From an uncultured Candidatus Saccharibacteria bacterium (lineage in GTDB: Bacteria; Patescibacteriota; Doudnabacteria; UBA920), in NCBI GenBank assembly GCA_964473815.1, contig CAYYQK010000004.1, positions 4,493 through 68,492 on the forward strand: a DNA stretch of 64,000 bases, given 5' to 3'. Positions 1 to 9,487 of the stretch are shown one piece after another. The first letter of the stretch is position 1, and every line of letters begins with the position of its first letter. Under the pieces are notes generated by a model, which made no database searches, was not told where the DNA came from, and saw only the letters and a program-made list of their open reading frames with translations. Made by a program: the position numbers and the translations under genes.

Positions 1-2
1 TT

Positions 3-1121
3 TTGGCTTTAAAGCTATTGTCGAGCGCGAAAGAAATTATTGAAATGGGCATTAAAGACCCGGCAATTTTTGAACTGCTAGGGTTATTTGAAGAAGATTT
101 TGGTGCTGATCGTTTAAGTGATATGACGATACGCATTATAAGGTCTAATATTTATAATTATACTCAGCGCGTATCTAAGGAACTCGGCATCTCATTAACG
201 TATATTCTTGAGTTAGAGGGAGTTAAATATAGCCTGCCATATGACAAAGAAAGAAGAACTCCTTTAATCTTTTTGCCCAAGTCCCTTTTAAGAAGGTTAC
301 CAATTGCTTTAAGTTGGTACGATATCTCAGACGTAGTAGCTTTTAACAATCAGCTGAGGTCTAAAATTAATTCGATTATTTCTTCCGCATGGACTGGTGA
401 TGGCAAACCTAAGAAAAAGGATTTACGGAAAATTATTCTCGCTAACCCTGATAACTTAAAATCTATTCTTGAAGCTTATAACTCAACTCAAGGGGTAGGT
501 TATAACTTTGATATTGACCCTGCAAGTGAGGTTACATGGCTTGAGAAAGGTGTCTTAGCTGCCCACCAAAACCCACTGGAACTTACACAAACCAAATCCC
601 CTACCTTAAACGATGTCTACGAAATTGTATTAAAAATAGTTTCCCAGTTTAAACGCAATATTGAAGTCAACGGAGAAAAGGAAGCACTTTACACAAAAAT
701 AAATGGAAAATTTAAACCACGTCACGAAAAATTCTCACAATTGTTCTTCTTTGCAACGGCCGATACTTACTGTGAGGCTAATGACTTAGATTTAAGTAGA
801 GAACCCAATGCAGGAAATGGTCCGGTAGATTTTAAAGTTAGTAAAGGTAACAAACAAAAAGTTTTAGTAGAGTTAAAGCTATCATCTAACAAGAATTTAG
901 TATCCGGGATGACCGAGCAGCTATCAGCTTATTCTGAATCAGAAAACTCAAACAAATCTATTTACGTAATCATCCGTGTAACTGAATCAACTGAATCTAT
1001 TGAAAGAGTAAAACTGCTTAGAGAAAAATTAATATCTGAAGGCCATCATATGCCAGAACTAGTGATAATCGATGCAATAATGAAGCCATCAGCGAGTAAG
1101 CGTAAATTCAAAATTTCTTAG
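3..1121 (+). CDS. 5'-truncated hypothetical protein with C-terminal PD-(D/E)xK nuclease-like motif (possible defence gene)
   Basis: Motif EPNAGNGPVDFKVS...VLVELKLS; AT-rich; ORF open at the window edge. Confidence 0.55.
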   Translation: MALKLLSSAKEIIEMGIKDPAIFELLGLFEEDFGADRLSDMTIRIIRSNIYNYTQRVSKELGISLTYILELEGVKYSLPYDKERRTPLIFLPKSLLRRLPIALSWYDISDVVAFNNQLRSKINSIISSAWTGDGKPKKKDLRKIILANPDNLKSILEAYNSTQGVGYNFDIDPASEVTWLEKGVLAAHQNPLELTQTKSPTLNDVYEIVLKIVSQFKRNIEVNGEKEALYTKINGKFKPRHEKFSQLFFFATADTYCEANDLDLSREPNAGNGPVDFKVSKGNKQKVLVELKLSSNKNLVSGMTEQLSAYSESENSNKSIYVIIRVTESTESIERVKLLREKLISEGHHMPELVIIDAIMKPSASKRKFKIS

Positions 1122-1232
1122 GAATGCTGAGGTCAATAAAAAATATTCAAAAGAACCACCCCCTCTTGCCATATACCCCCCCTTAGTTAGCAGGACGGAA
1201 TTAATATTATTTCTTCAGCTTCCCTTACTCTG

Positions 1233-1261
1233 GTTGCCACATCTTGCACTATGCGACCCCA
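1233..1261. repeat. 29-bp direct repeat copy 1 (att-like)
   Basis: gttgccacatcttgcactatgcgacccca; 28/29 identical to 5481-5509. Confidence 0.9.
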
Positions 1262-1262
1262 T

Positions 1263-1294
1263 GAAAAAACACGCATAATTATGCGTGTTTTTTC
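1263..1294. repeat. Perfect 32-bp palindrome next to repeat copy 1 (hairpin, terminator or binding site)
   Basis: gaaaaaacacgcataa|ttatgcgtgttttttc. Confidence 0.85.
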
Positions 1295-1356
1295 TTTAGC
1301 CCACAGAGTAATTCGAACTAAAAGCTTAAATTTGACAGCAGTGATATAATAAAGAT

Positions 1357-1806
1357 ATGGAAACTTTAACTAAAAACTATAAATTGCTTGCGCTGATTTT
1401 AATCAGTGTTAGTTTAGTTTTTGCATATCCGTTGAGCGTTGTGTTTATGAACCACGAAATGTCTATTGAAGTAATGCATCACTCTCCTATCAATGGACAA
1501 TCAATCATCCCAGGGCAACCAATGTCAGATGCAACCTCCTGCGTTGATTTCCATTTAGGGCTATTCCAAAAACTTTCTGAATGTAGCCCACGACTGTCTA
1601 ATACAAACGCTATTAGTTTATTATTTGCCATTGCTCTAGTTCTACTATTAGGTTTAGCAATAAGTTTTACCGAACTAAACAGTAGAGTTAATTTTCACTA
1701 TCAAAGACTTAAGCCAATATCCCTCGCCTCTTACCTAAAACAGCTCGGTAATTGGCTTGTGATAATCGAGAAGAAAGCACCTGCATACGCTTTTGCAATA
1801 GCGTAA
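1357..1806 (+). CDS. Membrane protein with His/Met/Cys-rich loop; putative metal-sensing leader ORF
   Basis: Two hydrophobic segments flank NHEMSIEVMHHS..SCVDFH; TATAAT lies 6 nt upstream of ATG. Confidence 0.7.
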   Translation: METLTKNYKLLALILISVSLVFAYPLSVVFMNHEMSIEVMHHSPINGQSIIPGQPMSDATSCVDFHLGLFQKLSECSPRLSNTNAISLLFAIALVLLLGLAISFTELNSRVNFHYQRLKPISLASYLKQLGNWLVIIEKKAPAYAFAIA

Positions 1807-1867
1807 AGGTTTTTACTATTTAACTAACTGCTTAGTAATAACCTTTACGTTCCGTAAAGGTGTTTTT
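1802..1867 (+). promoter_or_regulatory. Putative attenuator (antiterminator 1802-1818:1833-1849 versus terminator 1841-1849:1853-1861 plus T-tract)
   Basis: cgtaaaggt occurs twice and both copies are complementary to acctttacg. Confidence 0.65.
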
Positions 1868-1885
1868 ATTATTAAGTAGAAATCT

Positions 1886-3220
1886 ATGAATAGAATTGTC
1901 GTCCCGATTGAAGGGATGCATTGTAAGTCTTGTGAACTTAGTATTGAAGAAAAAATTAAACAAATCCCCAATGTAGCAAAAGTGTCTGTCAGTCATGTTA
2001 GTAACCGAGCTAAAATATGGTTCAATGACCGAAAACCAGCAATGACAGATATCGATAAAGCCGTTCAAGATGCTGGTTATTCAGTGGCGCAAAACAAACC
2101 ACAAAAAAAGACTTGGCTTTCTCATGATCCAATGACCTACTTCTATGTAGGATGCGCTGCGGCCATAATCGTATTTGTTTACGTGTTTGCTAAAGACTCT
2201 GGTCTCGCAAATCTTGCAAGCGCAGTGACAGGTCAAAGCATTGCGATGTCTGCCGTTATTGGGTTGGTTGCTGGATTGTCATCGTGTATGGCTTTAATTG
2301 GAGGTTTAGTTCTCGCTCTCTCAGCAAGTCATTCTGAAGCTCATCCAGAAAGCACAAAGTTACAAAACTTCCGACCTCACCTGTTCTTTAATCTTGGAAG
2401 GATTTTAGGCTTTGCGGTTCTTGGCGGACTAATTGGATTGATTGGCGGCGCTTTGCAACCATCATTCAGACATATGGCCATACTAGCCCTGCTAGTAGGA
2501 GTGGTAATGATCCTACTCGGTTTGAAACTCACTGAAATCTTCCCAATTTTAGATCGAGTAAATTTAACTTTGCCGAAGTTTATCTCTAAGATATTTGGAG
2601 CTCACAAACAGAATAGTGAATATAGTCATCGCGGTGCATTCATTGGCGGCTTTATGACCTTCTTCTTGCCATGTGGATTCACCCAAGCGATGCAACTATA
2701 CGCTATCTCTACTGGCAACTTTGTTAAAGGTGCGCTCATTATGTCTCTCTTCGCGCTAGGTACATCTGTAGGTTTGCTGAGTATTGGTGGACTAACTTCA
2801 CTATTCCAGAAGAAGGCTAGATTATTCTTTGCAACAGCCGGCTTTGCAGTAATTATTCTCGGAATAGTAAACATTACGAACGCTGGAAGAATTGTCTTTG
2901 CTCGCAGTGATTCTACTACCCGAGTAGTCGCCAGCTTAGAGGAACAAAAATTATCCGTGGAATACTGGGCGCGGCCACTTCCCGACCTAGAACCTTACAA
3001 CTTCACAGTTAAAGTAGGACAGCCAGTGCGAATGGACGTCCTAGCACATACCGACGGTGTTGGGTGTATGGCAACCATCATGATTCCTGGGCTATACAAT
3101 ACGCCCCTACCGTTCAAAAAAGACCAAACTGTAACGATGAAGTTCACGCCGAAAAAGGCAGGAACTTACCCAATCACTTGCGCCATGGGTGTAAAACGCG
3201 GCGAAATTAAAGTTGAATAA
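1886..3220 (+). CDS. HMA domain + DsbD_2/TauE-like membrane domain + cupredoxin-like domain protein (copper homeostasis)
   Basis: [28 protein letters not shown]-terminal YPITCAMG. Confidence 0.85.
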   Translation: MNRIVVPIEGMHCKSCELSIEEKIKQIPNVAKVSVSHVSNRAKIWFNDRKPAMTDIDKAVQDAGYSVAQNKPQKKTWLSHDPMTYFYVGCAAAIIVFVYVFAKDSGLANLASAVTGQSIAMSAVIGLVAGLSSCMALIGGLVLALSASHSEAHPESTKLQNFRPHLFFNLGRILGFAVLGGLIGLIGGALQPSFRHMAILALLVGVVMILLGLKLTEIFPILDRVNLTLPKFISKIFGAHKQNSEYSHRGAFIGGFMTFFLPCGFTQAMQLYAISTGNFVKGALIMSLFALGTSVGLLSIGGLTSLFQKKARLFFATAGFAVIILGIVNITNAGRIVFARSDSTTRVVASLEEQKLSVEYWARPLPDLEPYNFTVKVGQPVRMDVLAHTDGVGCMATIMIPGLYNTPLPFKKDQTVTMKFTPKKAGTYPITCAMGVKRGEIKVE

Positions 3221-3236
3221 TGATAAGATTAAATAT

Positions 3237-5429
3237 ATGGAAACTACTAAATTTCGCATTCCGGATATGCACTGCTCGTCCTGTGCTGTTAGGAACGAAA
3301 AATCTCTCAACAAACTTATAGGAGTGAAGTCAGCTAGTGTTAATTTCGCGTTGCGTACTGCTTCTGTTGACTACGACCCAGGAGAAGTTAACGAGCATGA
3401 AATGCACAAAACTGTTAGTGACAACGGCTATCATCCAGAAGCAATGAATCATGGCGATCATAACAGTCACAATATGTCAGAACATGACCATGGGGGCATG
3501 GCTTCAGCTAAAGAGGTGAAAGAAGCGAGGAACAAAGCAATATGGGCACTGCTGTTGGCACTGCCAACTTTAGTGTTGGCGATGAGTAAAATTGATCTGC
3601 CATGGATATTTGGCGGATTCAATCTTTCTGTGTGGATCCAAGCAGTTTTGGGAATCATAACCGTATTGGTGATTGGAAAAGAATTCCACATTACTACTTT
3701 AAAACTGGCTAAACGGTTTACTACCAATATGGACACGTTAATTTCGGTGGGTACAGTAGCAGCAATCGGTTACAGCATCTGGGCAATGGTTAAGGGCGGG
3801 CAAGATTTCTATTTTGAAACCGCGGCTGTGATTACCGCGTTCATCCTGCTCGGACGATACCTGGAAGCCAAAAGCCGAGGTCAAGCTAGTCAGGCTATCT
3901 CAAAACTGATGCAATTGGGAGCTAAAACAGCACACTTAGTTAGGGATAATAGTACTGAAGAAATATCCATCGAGCAGGTTCGAGAAAATGACATCCTCCT
4001 AGTTAAGCCAGGTGAAAAATACCCTGTAGATGGAGTTATTGAGTCAGGCCAAACCTCTGCCGATGAATCTATGCTCACGGGAGAAAGTATGTCTGTGAGT
4101 AAACAAGCCGGCGATGATATATTTGGTGCCACGATTAATCTCAACGGTGCAGTGCAAATGAGGGCTACTAAAGTTGGTAAAGACACTATGCTTTCTCAGA
4201 TTATCAAGATGGTCGAAGATGCCCAGGTTAAAAAAGCGCCAATCCAAAAGATGGCGGACAAAATTGCTGGAGTTTTTGTGCCAATTATTATTGTGCTAGC
4301 TCTTGTAACATTCGCAGTGTGGTTCTTGATTACGAAAAATTTTGAACCAAGCTTTATAGCTGCAGTTGCTGTTCTAGTGATTGCTTGTCCATGTGCGTTA
4401 GGCTTAGCCACTCCTGTCGCAATATTAGTTGGTACAAGTGAAGGCGCAAAGAAAGGCATCCTAATTAAAAATGGCGAAGCCTTGGAAAAAGCTAAACACA
4501 TTGATGTGGTGATGTTTGATAAAACCGGCACGCTAACCGAAGGAAAACCTACAGTTGTTGATGTGATCAGCAACGGAATGACAGATGATGAACTAATTAA
4601 AATTGCAGCCGGGATTGAAAGTCAATCTGAGCACCCATTAGCTCAAGCAGTTGTGAAGTACGCGAAGGAAAAACTAATTCGTATGGAAGGCGTTTCTGAT
4701 TTCAAATCCGTTACAGGCAAAGGTGTGTCTGCAACTATTGATAAAGAACAATATCATATAGGTAACCCTAGATGGGTAACAGAAATGAACATCAGCAACT
4801 CAATTGGTGAAAAGATCGAACAACTTGAACGCGAAGCTAAAACAGTTGTAGTTTTAACTAACAAACACGTTGTTATTGGTGCCATCGCGATCGCTGATCC
4901 CATCAAACCTGATTCAAAGCAGGCCATTGCCTTGCTTAACTCTATGGGTGTCCAAAGCGTGATGATTTCTGGTGACAACCAAAGAACTACGGAGGCAATT
5001 GCCAAAGAGGCAGGAATAACAAAAGTGTTAGCGGAAGTACTACCACAGGACAAAGCTGCTGAGGTGAAAAAACTTCAGAGCCAAGGCAAAAAAGTCGCCT
5101 TTGTTGGTGACGGGATTAACGATGCTCCGGCATTGGCACAATCCGATTTAGGAATCGCGATCGGCACAGGTACAGACATTGCCATAGAATCTGGTGAAAT
5201 AGTCTTGGTGAAAGGAAGCCCTTTGAAAGTAGTGCAAGCCTTGCGTTTATCGCAGATGACACTAAAAATCATTAAACAGAATCTATTCTGGGCATTCTTC
5301 TATAATGTTGCTGCCATTCCCCTCGCCTCTTTGGGTTTCCTAAATCCGATGATTGCTGGTGCAGCCATGGCTCTATCGAGCTTCAGTGTGGTTGGTAATA
5401 GTATTCGAATAAAGAAAAACAAAATCTAA
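3237..5429 (+). CDS. copA: Cu(I)-translocating P1B-type ATPase
   Basis: [30 protein letters not shown] and MALSS motifs. Confidence 0.93.
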   Translation: METTKFRIPDMHCSSCAVRNEKSLNKLIGVKSASVNFALRTASVDYDPGEVNEHEMHKTVSDNGYHPEAMNHGDHNSHNMSEHDHGGMASAKEVKEARNKAIWALLLALPTLVLAMSKIDLPWIFGGFNLSVWIQAVLGIITVLVIGKEFHITTLKLAKRFTTNMDTLISVGTVAAIGYSIWAMVKGGQDFYFETAAVITAFILLGRYLEAKSRGQASQAISKLMQLGAKTAHLVRDNSTEEISIEQVRENDILLVKPGEKYPVDGVIESGQTSADESMLTGESMSVSKQAGDDIFGATINLNGAVQMRATKVGKDTMLSQIIKMVEDAQVKKAPIQKMADKIAGVFVPIIIVLALVTFAVWFLITKNFEPSFIAAVAVLVIACPCALGLATPVAILVGTSEGAKKGILIKNGEALEKAKHIDVVMFDKTGTLTEGKPTVVDVISNGMTDDELIKIAAGIESQSEHPLAQAVVKYAKEKLIRMEGVSDFKSVTGKGVSATIDKEQYHIGNPRWVTEMNISNSIGEKIEQLEREAKTVVVLTNKHVVIGAIAIADPIKPDSKQAIALLNSMGVQSVMISGDNQRTTEAIAKEAGITKVLAEVLPQDKAAEVKKLQSQGKKVAFVGDGINDAPALAQSDLGIAIGTGTDIAIESGEIVLVKGSPLKVVQALRLSQMTLKIIKQNLFWAFFYNVAAIPLASLGFLNPMIAGAAMALSSFSVVGNSIRIKKNKI

Positions 5430-5480
5430 ACTACTCTCAAATTTGGGGTCGCAATATATTCGCTAGATTCACGAACAGCA

Positions 5481-5509
5481 GTTGCCACATCTTCCACTAT
5501 GCGACCCCA
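5481..5509. repeat. 29-bp direct repeat copy 2 (att-like)
   Basis: gttgccacatcttccactatgcgacccca; last 10 bp are also inverted-repeated at 5444-5453. Confidence 0.9.
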
Positions 5510-5554
5510 GCAATAGATCGCCTTCAGGGCGGTTTTTTGTTATTATTTAGATAT

Positions 5555-6754
5555 ATGGCTTCTGATCAGAAACAAAAATCATTTAAATTACCAGCCTCTT
5601 TTTTGTTGGGGGCGGCTTCGAGCTCTCATCAAGTTGAAGGCAATAATACTAATTGCGACTGGTGGCTCGAAGAACAGGCTGGAAAATTGCCTAAATCTGG
5701 CGTAGCGACTGATTTTTATCATAGATACGCCGAAGATTTTGGATTGGCAAAACAAGTAGGCCTCAATGCCATGCGTGTTTCTATAGAGTGGAGCCGCATC
5801 GAACCACAGCCAGGACATTGGGATACCGAAGCTGTTGAGCATTACCGAAAAGTTTTGCAAGAAATGAAAAATCAGGGCCTCAGCCGTTTAGTGACTTTGC
5901 ATCATTTTACTTTACCGGTGTGGTTGTATAAAAAAGGTGGGTTCGGTAGCAGTGATTCGGTCACAGCCTTTACTCGTTATGCCCGCTATATTGCAGAACA
6001 ACTGGGTACTGAAATTGATTTATGGAACACAATAAATGAACCGGAAATTTATACTTCGATGACTTCGCAATGGGGTACGTGGCCGCCTTTTTCGAAAAGT
6101 CCAATTCGAGCGTTTATGGTTTTTAATAATTTGGCTAAAGCTCATATTCAAGGATACCTAGCGATTAAGTCGGTTTTGCCGAGTGCGCAAATTAGCATTG
6201 CTAAAAACAATATTCACTTCGAAGCTTTCAAACCCAATAGCTGGCTCGACCAAACTGCAGTTCAGTTATCAAAATATTTTCGTAATTTTTGGTTCCTAAA
6301 CAAAATTAAAGATCATTTGGATTTTATCGGACTAAATTATTATTTCTACCGAGCAATAACAGTTTCAATTGAAGGGATTACTGAAAAAAATAAACATGTG
6401 CCAAAATCTGATATGGGCTGGCAAACTTTCCCGGAAGGAATCTATCACTTAATTATGGATTTAACTCACCGCTACGGGAAACCAATTTACATTACTGAGA
6501 ATGGAATCGCCAACGCCCGCGACGACATGCGCAAAGATTTCATCCGCGAACATTTGTATTGGGTGAGCAAAGCCAATTCGCAAGGTGCGGATGTGCGTGG
6601 GTACTTCTACTGGTCACTTACGGATACCTATGAATGGCAAGATGGATATGATCCAAAATTTGGTCTAGTGGAAATAGACTTTGAACGTGACCAAACTCGC
6701 AAGGTTCGCCCAAGCGCAGAAATTTTTCAAGAAATAAAAAATAATCAAAACTAA
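5555..6754 (+). CDS. Glycoside hydrolase family 1 (beta-glucosidase)
   Basis: FLLGAASSSHQVEG, TINEP acid/base, YITENG nucleophile. Confidence 0.93.
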   Translation: MASDQKQKSFKLPASFLLGAASSSHQVEGNNTNCDWWLEEQAGKLPKSGVATDFYHRYAEDFGLAKQVGLNAMRVSIEWSRIEPQPGHWDTEAVEHYRKVLQEMKNQGLSRLVTLHHFTLPVWLYKKGGFGSSDSVTAFTRYARYIAEQLGTEIDLWNTINEPEIYTSMTSQWGTWPPFSKSPIRAFMVFNNLAKAHIQGYLAIKSVLPSAQISIAKNNIHFEAFKPNSWLDQTAVQLSKYFRNFWFLNKIKDHLDFIGLNYYFYRAITVSIEGITEKNKHVPKSDMGWQTFPEGIYHLIMDLTHRYGKPIYITENGIANARDDMRKDFIREHLYWVSKANSQGADVRGYFYWSLTDTYEWQDGYDPKFGLVEIDFERDQTRKVRPSAEIFQEIKNNQN

Positions 6755-6757
6755 AAC

Positions 6758-7675
6758 ATGAATTTTTATATTGGCATTGCGGTCATTGCTTATTCCCTGT
6801 TCGCGATTAACGGAATTATAGACAAGTTTCTACTGAGCAAAGCGGTTCGCTCCCCTGCTGTCTATGCTTTTTTCATTGGTATTACAGGGCCATTTACCTT
6901 TGTTTTGGCTTTACTGGCCTTAGTGCCGGGTCTCCATGTTAGTTTAAAATTTTTATCCCTTTCTGATTTGCTCATTGCAATTGTAGGTGGTGCCAGTTTT
7001 GTTCTTGCGCTCTACTATTTATATAAAGCAACTCAGCAAACTAGCGTTTCGCGAATTTTGCCAATCGAAGGTGGTCTTGTCCCTGTATTCACTTTAGTGT
7101 TTGCTTATGTGATTTTAGGAGAACGTTTGCTCGAAACTCAGCTGATAGCTTTTGTATTCTTAGTTGTGGGGGCAGTAATAATTTCTCTGCGTCACGACAA
7201 AAGTGGTTGGCACGCTAAAGCTTTCACTAACGCAGTTGTTGCAGCAGCTTTATTTGCACTGTCTTTCGTTCTTACTAAATATACATTTGATCATTCCAAT
7301 TTTATTTCCGGTCTGATCTGGACACGTCTCGGATTCTTTGTGGTTGCTGTTAGCTTTCTTATATCACCAAAAGTGCGGTACGAAATTCGCCATGTCCCGA
7401 AGGATACCACGAAAGCCAACAAATTTTTATATCTGGGTGCGCGGGTTAGTGGCAGCTTGAGTGGCTTTCTTCAAAATTATGCAATCTCTCTTGGCAGTGT
7501 AACCATTGTTAATGCTATGCAAGGCACGCAATATGCTTTAGTGTTAATTGGTACTGTATTGCTTTCTAAATACTATCCAAAAATTTTAAAGGAAAAAGTT
7601 ACCAAACAGATTCTAGCACAGAAAATTTTAGCAATTATTCTAATTGCTACTGGCTTAGTCTTCCTAGCTTTCTAA
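6758..7675 (+). CDS. EamA/DMT-family transporter
   Basis: About 10 hydrophobic segments in two repeats. Confidence 0.75.
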   Translation: MNFYIGIAVIAYSLFAINGIIDKFLLSKAVRSPAVYAFFIGITGPFTFVLALLALVPGLHVSLKFLSLSDLLIAIVGGASFVLALYYLYKATQQTSVSRILPIEGGLVPVFTLVFAYVILGERLLETQLIAFVFLVVGAVIISLRHDKSGWHAKAFTNAVVAAALFALSFVLTKYTFDHSNFISGLIWTRLGFFVVAVSFLISPKVRYEIRHVPKDTTKANKFLYLGARVSGSLSGFLQNYAISLGSVTIVNAMQGTQYALVLIGTVLLSKYYPKILKEKVTKQILAQKILAIILIATGLVFLAF

Positions 7676-7676
7676 A

Positions 7677-8699
7677 ATGCGCATTCATCCAAAAATAAAA
7701 AAATCTTTAATCGTTGTTCTAATTATTCTGGGAGCAATCTTTCTGTTGGCGATAATCTTATTTATGATTGGCCGACCACAAAAAAATATAACTTGGGGGA
7801 TCACCTTCTCAACAGTAAGAGCCCGAGAACTGGGCTTTGAACCTGAAAGTTTATTTAAAACAATTCTTACTGATCTGCATCCCAAAAAAGTCCGCCTCCC
7901 TGCTTATTGGTCGGAACTTGAACCGCAACAAGGACAATTTAATTATCAACCTTTTGATAATCTCCTTACCGAAGCAAGTAAGACAAATACCCAAATTGTG
8001 CTTGTTCTTGGGAAAAAACAGCCACGTTGGCCAGAATGCCATCAGCCAGACTGGTACAATCATCTGCCCGATGAAGCCACTCAAGATAAGGCAGTGCTAA
8101 CTATGGTCGAACAAGCGGTTAACCATTTTAAGAGTAACCAAGCTATTGTGGCCTGGCAGATCGAAAATGAACCATATTTTCAATATGGACCTCGCTGCCC
8201 GGAAACTAGCCATGAACTTTATCAAAAAGAAATCAGTCTAGTAAAATCTTTAGATTCACGTCCTACTATTGCCACGGACAGCGGTGAAAAAGGAGCCTGG
8301 ATTACAGTTGCCTCGAGCGGAGTAAATATTTTGGGCACAACTATGTACCGGGAAGCCTACTATGATAAAAAAGAAAAGTATGTGACTTATGCTTTGCCTT
8401 GGTGGACATATAACATCAAAGCGGGATTAGTGAAACTTCTGACTCCTGCCAATACAGTTATTGGTGTAGAGCTGCAAGCAGAACCGTGGTTAATTATCTC
8501 CAATCCAAATGCGACAGTGCCTGCTGAACAACTAAAGCACATGAATCCTCAAATATTCCAAAATGATATTAAATATGCGACAAAAGTTGGATTGCCGGAA
8601 AATTACTTGTGGGGCGCTGAATGGTGGTACTGGATGCAAAAAGCTCATGGCGACAGTTCAATGGTAAACACCGCAAAAACATTTTTTAATAATCAATAA
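7677..8699 (+). CDS. Membrane-anchored clan GH-A glycoside hydrolase (GH5/GH42-like)
   Basis: N-terminal TM; YWSELEP, WQIENEP, ELQAEPW. Confidence 0.75.
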   Translation: MRIHPKIKKSLIVVLIILGAIFLLAIILFMIGRPQKNITWGITFSTVRARELGFEPESLFKTILTDLHPKKVRLPAYWSELEPQQGQFNYQPFDNLLTEASKTNTQIVLVLGKKQPRWPECHQPDWYNHLPDEATQDKAVLTMVEQAVNHFKSNQAIVAWQIENEPYFQYGPRCPETSHELYQKEISLVKSLDSRPTIATDSGEKGAWITVASSGVNILGTTMYREAYYDKKEKYVTYALPWWTYNIKAGLVKLLTPANTVIGVELQAEPWLIISNPNATVPAEQLKHMNPQIFQNDIKYATKVGLPENYLWGAEWWYWMQKAHGDSSMVNTAKTFFNNQ

Positions 8700-8703
8700 A
8701 TGT

Positions 8704-9483
8704 ATGTATATAGTTTTTGATATTGGCGCGACGAATTTCCGTCTAGCCCACTCAGAGGATGGCAAAACTCTGAAAAAAAATGTAATCTTCCCTACTCCTC
8801 AGAACTACGAAGATGGAATTAAATTACTCACAGAAGAAACTCAAAAACTTTTGGACGGGCAAACCATTCAAGGAATAGCCGGCGGTGTTGCCGCGCAGTT
8901 TAATCAGGATAAAACAAAAATAATTCATTGTTCGAATTTGCCGGACTGGTCTGGGAGAGCAATGGCTGAAAAACTTTCCAAAATATTTTCTTGCCCTGTA
9001 AAACTTGAAAATGATTGTGCCGTGGGTGCTCTTGGTGAAAGTCATTTTGGTGTTGGTAAGGACTATAAAAACTTAATCTATATTGCGGTTGGAACTGGGA
9101 TTGGCGGGGCGTGGATATTAAATAAAAAGCTTGTTGAAGGCAGTTATAGTTTTGATGTGGGGCATCAGGTTATAGAAGCAAATGGTCCAATTTGTCCTGC
9201 CTGTAAAACCCCGGGGCATTTGGAAGGTTATATTCGTGAGCCGAATTTTAAAAAGTATTTTGCTGTTGGTCTGTATAACACCACCCTGCATTGGCCTTCG
9301 GATGCTGTTGTATTGGGTGGAGGTGCCGTTCTTAAGGGTCAGTGGCAAGCTGATGAAATTAAATTGTTTTTAAACGATTTAACAAAAAACCGCGCTCAAA
9401 ATATTCCCATCCTCACAACCATGCTCGGTGATGAGATTGGTCTATATGGTGCACTGGCATTGATTACTAAATCAGTAAGTTAA
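8704..9483 (+). CDS. ROK family sugar kinase
   Basis: DIGATN, LENDC, GTGIGGA, GH..CxxC..GHLE. Confidence 0.9.
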   Translation: MYIVFDIGATNFRLAHSEDGKTLKKNVIFPTPQNYEDGIKLLTEETQKLLDGQTIQGIAGGVAAQFNQDKTKIIHCSNLPDWSGRAMAEKLSKIFSCPVKLENDCAVGALGESHFGVGKDYKNLIYIAVGTGIGGAWILNKKLVEGSYSFDVGHQVIEANGPICPACKTPGHLEGYIREPNFKKYFAVGLYNTTLHWPSDAVVLGGGAVLKGQWQADEIKLFLNDLTKNRAQNIPILTTMLGDEIGLYGALALITKSVS

Positions 9484-9487
9484 AGCA

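Larger units (their letters stand above)
1233..5509. mobile_element. Direct-repeat-bounded copper-export cassette; no recombinase gene inside
   Basis: 29-bp direct repeats flank three copper-related ORFs. Confidence 0.65.

Noticed and set aside
1171-1190. ATAC-C-tract as a CsoR operator
   Set aside because: Lacks the matching GTAT half-site and lies outside the cassette, far from the promoter.
5444-5509. GGGGTCGCA...TGCGACCCC stem as a tRNA, tmRNA or SRP RNA
   Set aside because: No T-loop, anticodon arm or SRP GGAA motif; better explained as an att-like site.
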